From Burkholderiales bacterium (lineage in GTDB: Bacteria > Pseudomonadota > Gammaproteobacteria > Burkholderiales > SG8-39), in assembly GCA_035635495.1 (NCBI GenBank), contig DASQAW010000382.1, positions 1-51,443 of the forward strand: 51,443 nucleotides of DNA, in the 5' to 3' direction. Of this stretch, positions 37,349 through 50,422 are shown piece after piece; within the stretch, counting starts at the first letter, position 1, and each line of letters opens with the position of its first letter. The notes below the pieces were generated by a model. It was not told the origin of the DNA. It searched no databases and saw only the letters and a program-made list of their open reading frames with translations. The translations under genes and the position numbers were made by a program.

Positions 37349-37717
37349 ATGCTTCGCCGCCTCCGAAAGCCGGTCCTCACCGTACTCCGATGGCAACTTG
37401 CAGCAACCGCGGCGCTGGTATTGATCGCCGCGCTGATCGCCGGAGGGCATGGTGCGGCATCCGCGCTCGCCGGCGGGCTGATCAGCATCATGGCCGGGCT
37501 GGCAGCGGCGCTGGTGGCTTCCTTGGGAAGTGCGGAGTCCGCGGGGGGAGTTGTGCTGGGCGCGTTGCGGGCCGAAGCCGTCAAGCTCGGCCTCGCCATC
37601 CTGTTGCTGTGGGTCGTGCTGGTGAACTACAGCCAGGCAGTGGTCGGCGCCCTGATCGCAGCCTTCATCGTCACTTTGCTGATCTTTGCCATGGCGTTTT
37701 TTGTGCGCGATTACTGA
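37349..37717 (+). CDS. atpI: ATP synthase protein I (AtpI)
   Basis: Small hydrophobic protein directly upstream of atpB. I chose ATG 37349, with GAGGAA at 37333-37338; the track start 37292 overlaps the parB stop. Confidence 0.7.
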   Translation: MLRRLRKPVLTVLRWQLAATAALVLIAALIAGGHGAASALAGGLISIMAGLAAALVASLGSAESAGGVVLGALRAEAVKLGLAILLLWVVLVNYSQAVVGALIAAFIVTLLIFAMAFFVRDY

Positions 37718-37728
37718 TCGTCCGATAG

Positions 37729-38538
37729 ATGGCAGCAGCCGGCGAACTCACTCCTTCGGAGTACATCGAGCATCACCTGAGCTTTTTCACGAAGCCGGTC
37801 GGCGACGGCCCCTTCTGGGCGCTGAATCTGGACTCGCTGATCGTCTCGATCCTGCTCGGCTTGGTCGCCCTAGGGCTCATCTGGTGGGTCGTACGCGGCG
37901 CGACATCGGGCGTACCGAACCGTCGCCAGGCGTTCGTCGAAGTCTTGATTGATTTCGTCGACGCGCAGGCGAAAGACATCTTTCACCACGGCGACCGCCA
38001 CCGCTTCGTCGCGCCCTTGGCGCTTACGGTTGGTGTCTGGGTCGTGCTAATGAATGCGATGGATTTTCTGCCAGCGGATCTCGTTGGGCTCGTGACGCAC
38101 CATGTCTCCGAGCACGGGTTCCGCTACGTACCGACGGCTGACGTAAATACCACGTTCGCGCTATCGATCTCGGTTCTCACGCTGACGATCGTGTTTTCGA
38201 TAGCAGTCAAAGGTCTCGGCGGCTGGCTGCACGAGCTCTTCTGCACGCCGTTTGGCAAGCATCCGCTGCTGTGGCCGGCCAATTTCCTGTTCCAGCTGGT
38301 GGAGTATGTTTCCAAGACGCTGTCGCACTCCCTGCGGCTATTCGGCAACATGTACGCGGGCGAGATCCTGTTCCTTCTGCTCTGGATGTGGGCCGCGAGC
38401 GGCATCGTCGGCACGTTCTTCGGCGCGCTGTTCGGTTTGGGTTGGGCGATCTTCCACATTCTGATCGTGCTGCTACAGGCCTATATCTTCATGATGCTAA
38501 CCATCGTTTACGTCTCGATGGCGCACGAGCACCACTGA
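37729..38538 (+). CDS. atpB: F0F1 ATP synthase subunit a
   Basis: 269 aa: [15 protein letters not shown] (essential Arg motif) and [10 protein letters not shown]. Confidence 0.96.
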   Translation: MAAAGELTPSEYIEHHLSFFTKPVGDGPFWALNLDSLIVSILLGLVALGLIWWVVRGATSGVPNRRQAFVEVLIDFVDAQAKDIFHHGDRHRFVAPLALTVGVWVVLMNAMDFLPADLVGLVTHHVSEHGFRYVPTADVNTTFALSISVLTLTIVFSIAVKGLGGWLHELFCTPFGKHPLLWPANFLFQLVEYVSKTLSHSLRLFGNMYAGEILFLLLWMWAASGIVGTFFGALFGLGWAIFHILIVLLQAYIFMMLTIVYVSMAHEHH

Positions 38539-38844
<306 letters not shown>

Positions 38845-38860
38845 AGCTGCAGGAGGGCGC

Positions 38861-39331
38861 ATGAACATCAACCTGACGTTGATCGCTCAGGCCGTGACGT
38901 TCGCGGCCTTTATCTGGTTCACCGTCAAGTTCGTCTGGCCTCCAATGCTGCGTGTCATCGAGACGCGGCAGAAGACCATCGCCGACGGCCTCGCCGCCGC
39001 CGAGCAAGGTCGCCGCTCGCTCGAGCTGTCGACGCGCCAGGCCGACGAGGAGATCAAGCGCGCCCGCGAGCGCGCGGCCGAGATCATCTCGCAGGCGGAA
39101 AAGCGCACCGCGCAGATGGTCGAGGAAGCCAAGAACACCGCCAAGGACGAGGGCAACCGCGAGAAGGCGGCGGCCAAGGCCGAGATCGCGCAGGAAGTGA
39201 CGCGGGCGCGCGAGCAGCTGCGCGACCGCGTGGCGTCGCTGGCCGTCGCCGGCGCCGAGAAGATCCTGCGCCGCGAGGTCGATGCCAAGGCGCACGGCGA
39301 GCTGCTTGAGTCGATCAAGCGCCAGCTCTAA
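38861..39331 (+). CDS. atpF: F0F1 ATP synthase subunit b
   Basis: [28 protein letters not shown] followed by a long charged helix. ATG 38861, with AGGAGG at 38851-38856, lies inside track ORF 38765..39331. Confidence 0.94.
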   Translation: MNINLTLIAQAVTFAAFIWFTVKFVWPPMLRVIETRQKTIADGLAAAEQGRRSLELSTRQADEEIKRARERAAEIISQAEKRTAQMVEEAKNTAKDEGNREKAAAKAEIAQEVTRAREQLRDRVASLAVAGAEKILRREVDAKAHGELLESIKRQL

Positions 39332-39867
39332 TGGCTGAGCCCAGCACCGTCGCCAGGCCTTACGCGGAAGCCGTGTTCCGACTGGCCGATGCTGCGGGCG
39401 CGCTCGGCAAGTGGTCCGAGATGCTTGCCGAGCTGGCCCAGGTCTCTGCAGACGCACGTGTGCGGGCCGCCGTCGCCGACCCCAAGCGGACCGACGCCCA
39501 GGTCGCAGGGCTGTTCATTTCGATCCTCTCGGGGAAGCTGACCGGCGACGCGGAGAACTTCGTGCGCGTGCTGGCCGAGAACGCCCGCCTGAATCTGCTG
39601 CCGGAGATCCGCCAGCAGTTCGAGGCGCTGAAGAACGAGCGCGAAGGCGTGGTCGAAGCCGAGGTGCAATCTGCATTCGAGCTCAGCGAGGCGCAGCTCG
39701 CGGACCTCGTCCAGAGACTGGAAAAGAAGACCGGCCGCAAGGTGCGCGCCCGCGTCTCAGTTGATCGCGAGCTGATCGGTGGCGTGAAGGTGGTGCTCGG
39801 CGACAAGGTTATCGACGGTTCTGCGCGCGCGCAGCTCGGCGCGCTCGAGACCGCACTGAAAGCTTAA
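39331..39867 (+). CDS. atpH: F0F1 ATP synthase subunit delta
   Basis: 178 aa: VARPYAEAVF...; TAATG overlap with atpF. Confidence 0.93.
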   Translation: MAEPSTVARPYAEAVFRLADAAGALGKWSEMLAELAQVSADARVRAAVADPKRTDAQVAGLFISILSGKLTGDAENFVRVLAENARLNLLPEIRQQFEALKNEREGVVEAEVQSAFELSEAQLADLVQRLEKKTGRKVRARVSVDRELIGGVKVVLGDKVIDGSARAQLGALETALKA

Positions 39868-39876
39868 GGAGCAGTC

Positions 39877-41424
<1,548 letters not shown>

Positions 41425-41427
41425 CCG

Positions 41428-43732
<2,305 letters not shown>

Positions 43733-43733
<1 letters not shown>

Positions 43734-44155
43734 TGGCCGCAGCGACCATCCATGTCGATGTAGTGAGCGCCGAGGAGGCGATCTACTCCGGCGAGGCCGA
43801 GTTCGTCGTCCTGCCCGGCGAGGCGGGTGAGCTCGGCATCTACCCGCGCCACACGCCTCTGATCACGCGGATCAAGCCCGGCGCCGTGCGCATCACGCCG
43901 GCGGGTGGCGGCGAGGAGCAGCTGATCTTCGTCGCCGGCGGCATCCTGGAAGTGCAGCCGAAACTCATCACGGTGCTCGCCGACACCGCCATCCGCGGCA
44001 CGGATCTCGACGAAGCCAAGGCCGCCGAGGCGCTCAAGCGCGCCGAGGAAGCGCGGCGCACCGCCACGGACAAGCAGGAGATCGCGACCGTGGAGGGCGA
44101 GCTGGCGATGCTCGCGGCGCAGCTCGCGGCGATTCGCCGGCTGCGAAAAAAATAA
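43733..44155 (+). CDS. atpC: F0F1 ATP synthase subunit epsilon
   Basis: 140 aa: [36 protein letters not shown] overlap with atpD. Confidence 0.95.
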
Positions 44156-44257
44156 GGCGACACAGCGGCTTAGCCGCGGCTGTCGCGGCGGCACGACTTC
44201 GCGAATAGTCCGCCAAGACCACGGGCGGCGCGCAATGTCTCGAGGCCGGTTTTGAAA

Positions 44258-44284
44258 CAATCTCCGGACCCAAGCAGGAGATTG
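44258..44284 (+). promoter_or_regulatory. Hairpin sequestering the Shine-Dalgarno sequence of the small ORF at 44286
   Basis: CAATCTCC (44258-44265) is perfectly complementary to GGAGATTG (44277-44284), with an 11-nt loop. The right arm contains the GGAG ribosome-binding site, and the ATG follows 1 nt later. Confidence 0.4.
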
Positions 44285-44285
44285 C

Positions 44286-44483
44286 ATGAAACATATTCTC
44301 GATTCCGACTTCCGCTATCGTCCGAGCTTCGACACGGACGTGAAGAAGACGTTTGAGAAGATCCGGCGCCAGCAGCAGCAGGCGCGAGAGCAGCAGGCGA
44401 GGGATGAGAAGACGAAGCATCCCGAGGTCCAGGTCAGGGTCCTCAAGCTCGAGCAGCTGAAGAAGGCGAGCAGCAGCACCTAA
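44286..44483 (+). CDS. Small charged hypothetical protein (65 aa)
   Basis: MKHILDSDFRYRPSFDTDVKKTFEKIRRQQQQAREQQ... is K/E/Q/R-rich yet uses G/C-ending codons, as local real genes do. AGGAG lies 7 nt upstream. I do not recognise the family. Confidence 0.6.
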   Translation: MKHILDSDFRYRPSFDTDVKKTFEKIRRQQQQAREQQARDEKTKHPEVQVRVLKLEQLKKASSST

Positions 44484-44519
44484 ACCCGGCTAGCCGGTCC
44501 CCGCGGCGCTTCGGATATA

Positions 44520-45986
44520 GTGCCGCGCGGGGTGGTCTACGATCTGCTGGTCATCGGCGGCGGCATCAACGGCGCCGGCATCGCGCGCGATGCGGCCGGC
44601 CGCGGCCTGTCGACGATCCTCGTGGAACGCGACGACCTGGCGAGCGCCACGTCGTCTTCCTCGTCCAAGCTGATCCACGGCGGGCTGCGCTACCTCGAGC
44701 AGTACGAGTTCAAGCTGGTGCGCGAGGCGCTCGCGGAGCGCGAAATCCTCCTGCGCATCGCCGGGCATCTCGTCTGGCCGGCGCGCTTCGTCATGCCGCA
44801 CGTGCCGGAGCTGCGGCCGCGCTGGATGATCCGCGTGGGACTCTTCCTGTACGACCACCTCGCGAGGCGCTCGCTGCTGCCGGGCTCGCAGGCGGTGCGC
44901 CTCGACACGGCGCCCTATTCGTCCGGCCTGAAACCCGAGCTCAGGCACGGCTTCATCTACTCCGATTGCCGGGTCGACGACGCACGCCTGGTCGTCGCGA
45001 ACGCCTTCGATGCCCGCCTGCGTGGGGCGCGCGTTCTGACGAGGACGGAATGCCGCTCGGCAAAACGGCAAGACAGCCGATGGCGCGCGCGTCTGTCGAA
45101 TGGCGAGGAAATCGAAGCCAAGGCGATCGTGAATGCCGCCGGACCCTGGGTGAAGCAGGTGCTGAACGGGCGCCTCGGCCAGCCTTCGCGCGACCTGGTG
45201 CGCCTGGTGCGCGGCAGCCACATCCTCGTGCCGAAGCTCTACGACGGCGACCACGCTTTCATCCTGCAGAACGACGATCGGCGCGTCATCTTCATGATCC
45301 CGTACGGCGACCTGCATACCCTCGTCGGCACGACCGACGTGCCGCAGCACGATGCCGAGTCGGCACAGCCGAGCTTCGACGAGGTCCAGTACCTCTGCCG
45401 CGCCGTCAACCGTTACCTCGCGAAACCGGTCCAGGCGCACGATGTCGTCTGGCGCTATGCGGGCGTGCGCCCGCTGTACGACGACGGCACGAGCGATCCA
45501 TCGGCCGTCACGCGCGACTACACGCTGCGCGTGGACGACGATGCGGGCGCCGCGCCGGTGCTCTCGGTGTTCGGCGGGAAGATCACCACTTATCGGCGGC
45601 TCGCGGAGCATGTCATGGAGCGGCTGCAGCCCTACCTCCCGTCGCTCAAGCCCGCCTGGACGGCGGTTGCGCCCTTGCCGGGCAGCGACTTCGGCGCGCA
45701 GCCGCGCGTTGCGGCGCGCGATGCTTTCTTCGCGCGCTATCCGCAGATTGCAACATCCACGCTGCGGGCGATTTTCCGGCGCCACGGCGTGCGCGCCGAC
45801 GAAGTCGTCGGCGACGGCAAGCTGGGCGAAGACTATGGCGCCGGACTGAGCGAGCGCGAGCTTCGCTATTTCGTCGACCACGAATGGGCGCGTACCGGCG
45901 ATGACGTGCTCTGGCGGCGCACGAAATGCGGACTGCACATGAACGAGGCGCAGCGCCAGCGCGTCGCGCAGGTGCTCGGACGGTGA
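44520..45986 (+). CDS. glpD: Aerobic glycerol-3-phosphate dehydrogenase (FAD)
   Basis: YDLLVIGGGINGAGIARDAAGRGL (FAD fold) and SSSSSKLIHGGLRYLEQYEF; GTG start. Confidence 0.92.
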   Translation: MPRGVVYDLLVIGGGINGAGIARDAAGRGLSTILVERDDLASATSSSSSKLIHGGLRYLEQYEFKLVREALAEREILLRIAGHLVWPARFVMPHVPELRPRWMIRVGLFLYDHLARRSLLPGSQAVRLDTAPYSSGLKPELRHGFIYSDCRVDDARLVVANAFDARLRGARVLTRTECRSAKRQDSRWRARLSNGEEIEAKAIVNAAGPWVKQVLNGRLGQPSRDLVRLVRGSHILVPKLYDGDHAFILQNDDRRVIFMIPYGDLHTLVGTTDVPQHDAESAQPSFDEVQYLCRAVNRYLAKPVQAHDVVWRYAGVRPLYDDGTSDPSAVTRDYTLRVDDDAGAAPVLSVFGGKITTYRRLAEHVMERLQPYLPSLKPAWTAVAPLPGSDFGAQPRVAARDAFFARYPQIATSTLRAIFRRHGVRADEVVGDGKLGEDYGAGLSERELRYFVDHEWARTGDDVLWRRTKCGLHMNEAQRQRVAQVLGR

Positions 45987-46759
45987 AAGCGCTCGCCGAG
46001 CTCGACGCCCGCGCGGTGCGCGCGGTGCTTTTCGACATCGACGATACGCTCACCACAGCGGGCAAGCTGACCGCGCCGGCCTACGCCGCGCTCGAGCGCC
46101 TGCACGCCGCCGGCAAGCGCACGGTGGCGGTGACCGGGCGCCCGGCCGGCTGGTGCGATCACATCGCGCGTATGTGGCCGGTGGATGCGGTGGTCGGCGA
46201 GAACGGGGCTTTCTACTTCCTCTTCGCGCGCGGGCGCGTGGAGCGGCAGTACCGCGACGCCCCCGACGTGCGCGCGCGCAACCGCGACCGGCTGGCGAAG
46301 ATCGCCCAAGGGATCGTCGCCGCCGTGCCGGGCTGCGCCATCGCCGCCGATCAGCCCTACCGCGAGACGGATCTCGCCATCGACTATTGCGAGGACGTGC
46401 CGCCCCTGCCGCTCGCGGCCGCCGAGCGCATCGCCGAGCTCATGCGTGAGGCCGGACTGCACGCGAAGGTGAGCTCGATCCATGTGAACGGCTGGTTCGG
46501 CGACTACGACAAGCTGGCGATGACCCGCCAGCTGTTTCGCGAGCAGTTCGCCATCGATGTGGACGGCGAGCGCCGTGCGGTGGTCTATGTCGGCGACTCG
46601 CCGAATGACGCGCCGATGTTCGAGTTCTTTCCGCATTCGGTGGGCGTGGCGAACATCCGGCGCTTCGCCGGTGCGCTGCCCGCAGCGCCGACGTATGTCA
46701 CGCGCGCAAGTTCCGGCGCCGGCTTTGCCGAGGTCGTAGCGCATCTGCTGCGCGCCTGA
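45983..46759 (+). CDS. HAD-IIB family hydrolase
   Basis: VLFDIDDTLT (DxDxT nucleophile motif), VTGRP and GDSPNDAPMF. I chose GTG 45983, which gives a GTGA overlap with the glpD stop; the track ORF starts at 45926. Confidence 0.8.
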   Translation: MKALAELDARAVRAVLFDIDDTLTTAGKLTAPAYAALERLHAAGKRTVAVTGRPAGWCDHIARMWPVDAVVGENGAFYFLFARGRVERQYRDAPDVRARNRDRLAKIAQGIVAAVPGCAIAADQPYRETDLAIDYCEDVPPLPLAAAERIAELMREAGLHAKVSSIHVNGWFGDYDKLAMTRQLFREQFAIDVDGERRAVVYVGDSPNDAPMFEFFPHSVGVANIRRFAGALPAAPTYVTRASSGAGFAEVVAHLLRA

Positions 46760-47550
46760 TGGCGTGGGCCGCCTATCTGGGCATCGGCGCGCTGGTCGGC
46801 TTTGCGGCCGGCCTCCTCGGCATCGGCGGCGGCGTGGTGATGGTGCCGTTCCTCGTGCTGGTGTTTCGCGAGCACGGCATGCCCCCCGAGCACGTAGTGC
46901 ACATCGCACTCGGCACGGCGCTCGCCGCGATGGTATTCACCTCTGCCTCCAGCATGGGCGCGCACCACGCGCACGGCGCGGTCGACTGGAAGATCGCGCG
47001 CGCGATGTCGCCGGGCATGCTCGCCGGCTCCTTCGCCGCTGCGCTCGTCGCCGGGCTGATCCCGACGCGCCCGCTGGCGCTCGGCTTCACCGTGCTCGTG
47101 TTCTACGCGGCGACGCAGATCCTGCTGGACCTCAGGCCGCCGGGCAGCCGCGACCTGCCGGGCGCGCCGGGGCTTTTCGCCGCCGGCGCGCTCATCGGCG
47201 CGGTCTCCAGCCTGCTTGCGGCCGGCGGCGCGTTCCTGACGATTCCGTTCCTCACCTGGTGCAAGGTGCCGCTGCGCCGGGCGATCGGCACCGCGGCGGC
47301 CAACGGCTTGCCGATCGCCTTGGCGGGCGCCGCGGGTTATATCGTCCAGGGGTCTCGTGTCCCCGACCTGCCTTCGCCGAGCGTCGGTTACATCTACCTG
47401 CCCGCACTCGCGCTGGTCGTGGTGACCAGCATGCTCGCCGCGCCGCTCGGCGCCCGCGTCGCGCACCGCCTGCCAGTCAAGCAGCTGCGCGTGATCTTCG
47501 CGCTGCTGCTGTACGCGTTCGCGCTGCGCATGGTCGCCAGCGTTTGGTGA
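46759..47550 (+). CDS. TauE/SafE family sulfite/anion exporter (DUF81)
   Basis: 263 aa, polytopic, with a duplicated GxxxG(I/L)GGG motif (LLGIGGGVVMVP). TGATG overlap with the HAD gene. Confidence 0.82.
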   Translation: MAWAAYLGIGALVGFAAGLLGIGGGVVMVPFLVLVFREHGMPPEHVVHIALGTALAAMVFTSASSMGAHHAHGAVDWKIARAMSPGMLAGSFAAALVAGLIPTRPLALGFTVLVFYAATQILLDLRPPGSRDLPGAPGLFAAGALIGAVSSLLAAGGAFLTIPFLTWCKVPLRRAIGTAAANGLPIALAGAAGYIVQGSRVPDLPSPSVGYIYLPALALVVVTSMLAAPLGARVAHRLPVKQLRVIFALLLYAFALRMVASVW

Positions 47551-47639
47551 TCGAACTGGTCAGGGGTTTTCGGCCGCCAGAGGACGATGTGTCGAATCAT
47601 CGGCGGTAAACTGCGGGCTTTTCGACGGAAGCGCAAGCC

Positions 47640-48860
47640 GTGCCCGGCCCTCTTTCACACATCCGCGTCCTCGATCTGTCGCGCGTGCTCGCCGCTCCGT
47701 GGGCGACTCAGAACATGGCCGATCTCGGCGCCGAGGTCATCAAGGTCGAGCGCCCGGGCAGCGGTGACGATTCGCGCGCCTTCGGCCCGCCCTGGATCAA
47801 GGACCGCGACGGCCGTGACACGCAGGACTCGGCCTATTTCACGTCCGCGAACCGCGGCAAGAAGTCGATCACCCTGAACATCGCGTCGCCCGAAGGCAGC
47901 GCCATCGCGCGCGAGCTCGCGGCGAAATGCGATGTGCTGATCGAGAACTATAAGTATGGCGACCTGTCGCGCTACGGGCTGGGCTACGAGGACCTGCGAA
48001 AGGTGAATCCGCGCCTGGTCTATTGCTCGGTGACGGGCTTCGGACAGACCGGCCCCTATCGCGAGCGCCCGGGCTACGACTTCATGATCCAGGGCATGGG
48101 TGGGATGATGAGCGTGACCGGCGAGCCGGACGACGCGCCGGGCGGCGGCCCGCAGCGCGCCGGCGTGCCGATCGCCGACATCATTACCGGCATGTATGCC
48201 TCGATCGCGATCTGCGCGGCGCTCGTGCATCGCGAGCGATCCGGCAGGGGCCAGCACCTCGATCTGGCGCTGCTCGATTCGCAGATCGCGCTGCTCGCCT
48301 ATCAGAACACCAACTACTTCGCGACCGGCAGACCGCCCAAGCGCATCGGCAACCTGCATCCGAACATCGTCCCCTATCAGCCCTTCGGCGCGGCCGACGG
48401 CGAGGTGATCCTCGCCTGCGGCAACGACAACCTCTACCGGAAGTTCTGCGAAGCGGCCGGCTGCCCCGAGCTGGCCGGCGACCCGCGCTTCGCCACCAAC
48501 GGCAAGCGGGTCGAGAACCGCGCCGAGCTCACCCGCCTGCTCGGCGACGTATTCAGGAAGCGGACCAAGCGCGAGTGGCTCGAGCTGCTGGAAGCGGCGG
48601 GCGTGCCGAACGGCCCGATCAACGATGTCGCGCAGGTGTTCGAGGAGCCGCAGGTGAAGGCGCGCGGCGTGCGCATCGAGCTCGAGCACCCGGTCGCGGG
48701 CAAGCTGCCGATGGTGGCAAGCCCGATGCGCTTCTCCGAGACGCCGCTCGAGTACCGGCGCGCGCCGCCGCTGCTCGGCGAACATACCGAGGAAGTGCTG
48801 CGCGGCCTCGGCAAGAGCGATGCCGAGATCGCACGGCTGCGCTCAGCCGGGGTCATATAG
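47640..48860 (+). CDS. CaiB/BaiF family (class III) CoA-transferase
   Basis: IRVLDLSRVLAAPWATQNMADLGAEVIKVERPG and LIENYKYG, with the catalytic Asp region GYDFMIQGMGG; GTG start. Confidence 0.88.
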   Translation: MPGPLSHIRVLDLSRVLAAPWATQNMADLGAEVIKVERPGSGDDSRAFGPPWIKDRDGRDTQDSAYFTSANRGKKSITLNIASPEGSAIARELAAKCDVLIENYKYGDLSRYGLGYEDLRKVNPRLVYCSVTGFGQTGPYRERPGYDFMIQGMGGMMSVTGEPDDAPGGGPQRAGVPIADIITGMYASIAICAALVHRERSGRGQHLDLALLDSQIALLAYQNTNYFATGRPPKRIGNLHPNIVPYQPFGAADGEVILACGNDNLYRKFCEAAGCPELAGDPRFATNGKRVENRAELTRLLGDVFRKRTKREWLELLEAAGVPNGPINDVAQVFEEPQVKARGVRIELEHPVAGKLPMVASPMRFSETPLEYRRAPPLLGEHTEEVLRGLGKSDAEIARLRSAGVI

Positions 48861-48900
48861 CTTAGGATACGCGGCGAAATTTCCTTGGAGGAGGATAGAT

Positions 48901-49899
48901 ATGACTCGCATCCAGCAGACCCTGATCGTCAGCGCGCTCGGCGCCGCATTGAGCGCCAGCGCGTTCAGCGCCCCCACGACGTTGCGTGCCTCGCACCAGT
49001 TCCCGGGCGGGCGCGGCGACGTGCGCGACGAGATGGTGCAGATCATCGCGCGCGACGCCAAGGCGGCCAGCGTCGAGCTCGAGGTCCAGGTTTATCCGGG
49101 GGCGTCGCTCTTCAAGCCTAACGAGCAGTGGAACGCGCTGGTCAACGGCCAGCTCGACATCTCCTCCTTTCCGCTCGATTACGCGAGCGGCAAACAGCGC
49201 GCCTTCGGCGCGACCCTGATGCCCGGATTGGTCCGCAGCCACGAGCGCGCGCAGCGCGTGAACACCTCCGCGTTCATGAAGGAGATCAAGGCGCAGATCG
49301 ACAAAGCGGGCGTGGTCGTGCTCGCCGACGCATGGCTGGCCGGTGCGATCGCCTCCAAGCGGGGTTGCATCCGCAAGCCCGACGACATCAAAGGTCTGAA
49401 GGTGCGCTCGGCGGGCCCGACGTTCGCCGCGATGTGGCAGGCCGCGGGGGCTTCGATCGTGTCGATTCCGTCGAACGAGGTGTACAACGCACTGCAAACC
49501 GGCGTCGCCGACGCCACCGACACCAGCTCGGGCAGCTTCGTCTCGTTTCGCATCTACGAGCAGGTGAAATGCCTCACGGCGCCGGGCGACAACGCGCTGT
49601 GGTTCATGTACGAGCCGGTATTGATGTCGAAGAAGAGCTTCAGCCGGCTGAACAAGAAGCAGCAGGAGGTGCTGCTCGCCGCGGGCCAGAAGTCGCAGCA
49701 GTTCTTCGCCGAGAAGGCCAAGGGCCTCGACGACGAGATGGTGAAGGTGTTCAAGGACCATAACGTCGAAGTCGTGACGCTGACGGCGCAGGAATACGAC
49801 GCCTGGCTCAAGGTCGCGGAGAAGAGCTCATACGCCGAATTCGCCAAGGAAGTGCCGAACGGCAAGAAGCTGATCGACGAAGCACTGAGCGTCAAGTAG
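48901..49899 (+). CDS. TRAP transporter substrate-binding protein (DctP family)
   Basis: Signal peptide LIVSALGAALSASAFSAP followed by a DctP-type fold. ATG 48901, with GGAGGAGG at 48887-48894, lies inside track ORF 48820..49899. Confidence 0.85.
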   Translation: MTRIQQTLIVSALGAALSASAFSAPTTLRASHQFPGGRGDVRDEMVQIIARDAKAASVELEVQVYPGASLFKPNEQWNALVNGQLDISSFPLDYASGKQRAFGATLMPGLVRSHERAQRVNTSAFMKEIKAQIDKAGVVVLADAWLAGAIASKRGCIRKPDDIKGLKVRSAGPTFAAMWQAAGASIVSIPSNEVYNALQTGVADATDTSSGSFVSFRIYEQVKCLTAPGDNALWFMYEPVLMSKKSFSRLNKKQQEVLLAAGQKSQQFFAEKAKGLDDEMVKVFKDHNVEVVTLTAQEYDAWLKVAEKSSYAEFAKEVPNGKKLIDEALSVK

Positions 49900-49951
49900 C
49901 CTTCTGGGCGCCTTTGTCAGTGTCGTAAGGCGGCTGTCGCAGCTCTGCGGC

Positions 49952-50422
49952 GTGGTGGCCGCCGCGTTGATCGCGCTCGGCGTGCTGGTGGTCTGCGAGA
50001 TGGTGTTCGTGCGCTACGTGCTCAACCAGAACACCATCTGGCAGACGGACTTCGTCACCTGGAGCCTGGTCGCCGCGACATTCGTCGGCAGTCCGTACCT
50101 GCTGCTGACGCGTGGCCATGTCAACGTCGACGTGCTGCCGCTGTATCTGGGCGCGCGGCCGCGCTGGTGGCTCGCGCTCGCCTCGATCGTCATGTCGCTC
50201 GCCTTCTGCATGACGATGGCGGTGCTCACCGCGGAGTTGTGGCTCCAGGCCTGGCAGCAGCGTTGGGTGTCGGACACGATGTGGCGCGCACGGCTGTGGA
50301 TTCCCTATAGCGCCATGCCGATCGGCATGACCCTGCTGAGCTTGCAGTACGTCGCCGACCTTTATTGCCTGCTGAGTGGCCGCGAGCCGCCGTTCGGCAT
50401 CCGCCCCGCCGCGCGCACATGA
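49952..50422 (+). CDS. TRAP transporter small permease (DctQ family); start possibly upstream at CTG 49904
   Basis: Four-TM small-subunit pattern (VFVRYVLN after TM1) between the DctP and DctM genes. ATGA overlap with the downstream permease. Confidence 0.8.
   Translation: MVAAALIALGVLVVCEMVFVRYVLNQNTIWQTDFVTWSLVAATFVGSPYLLLTRGHVNVDVLPLYLGARPRWWLALASIVMSLAFCMTMAVLTAELWLQAWQQRWVSDTMWRARLWIPYSAMPIGMTLLSLQYVADLYCLLSGREPPFGIRPAART

Noticed and set aside
44486-44497. 12-bp perfect palindrome CCGGCTAGCCGG between the small ORF and glpD.
   Set aside because: It is too short to form a stable hairpin (4-bp stem), has no T-tract, and I saw no repetition of the motif elsewhere in the window.
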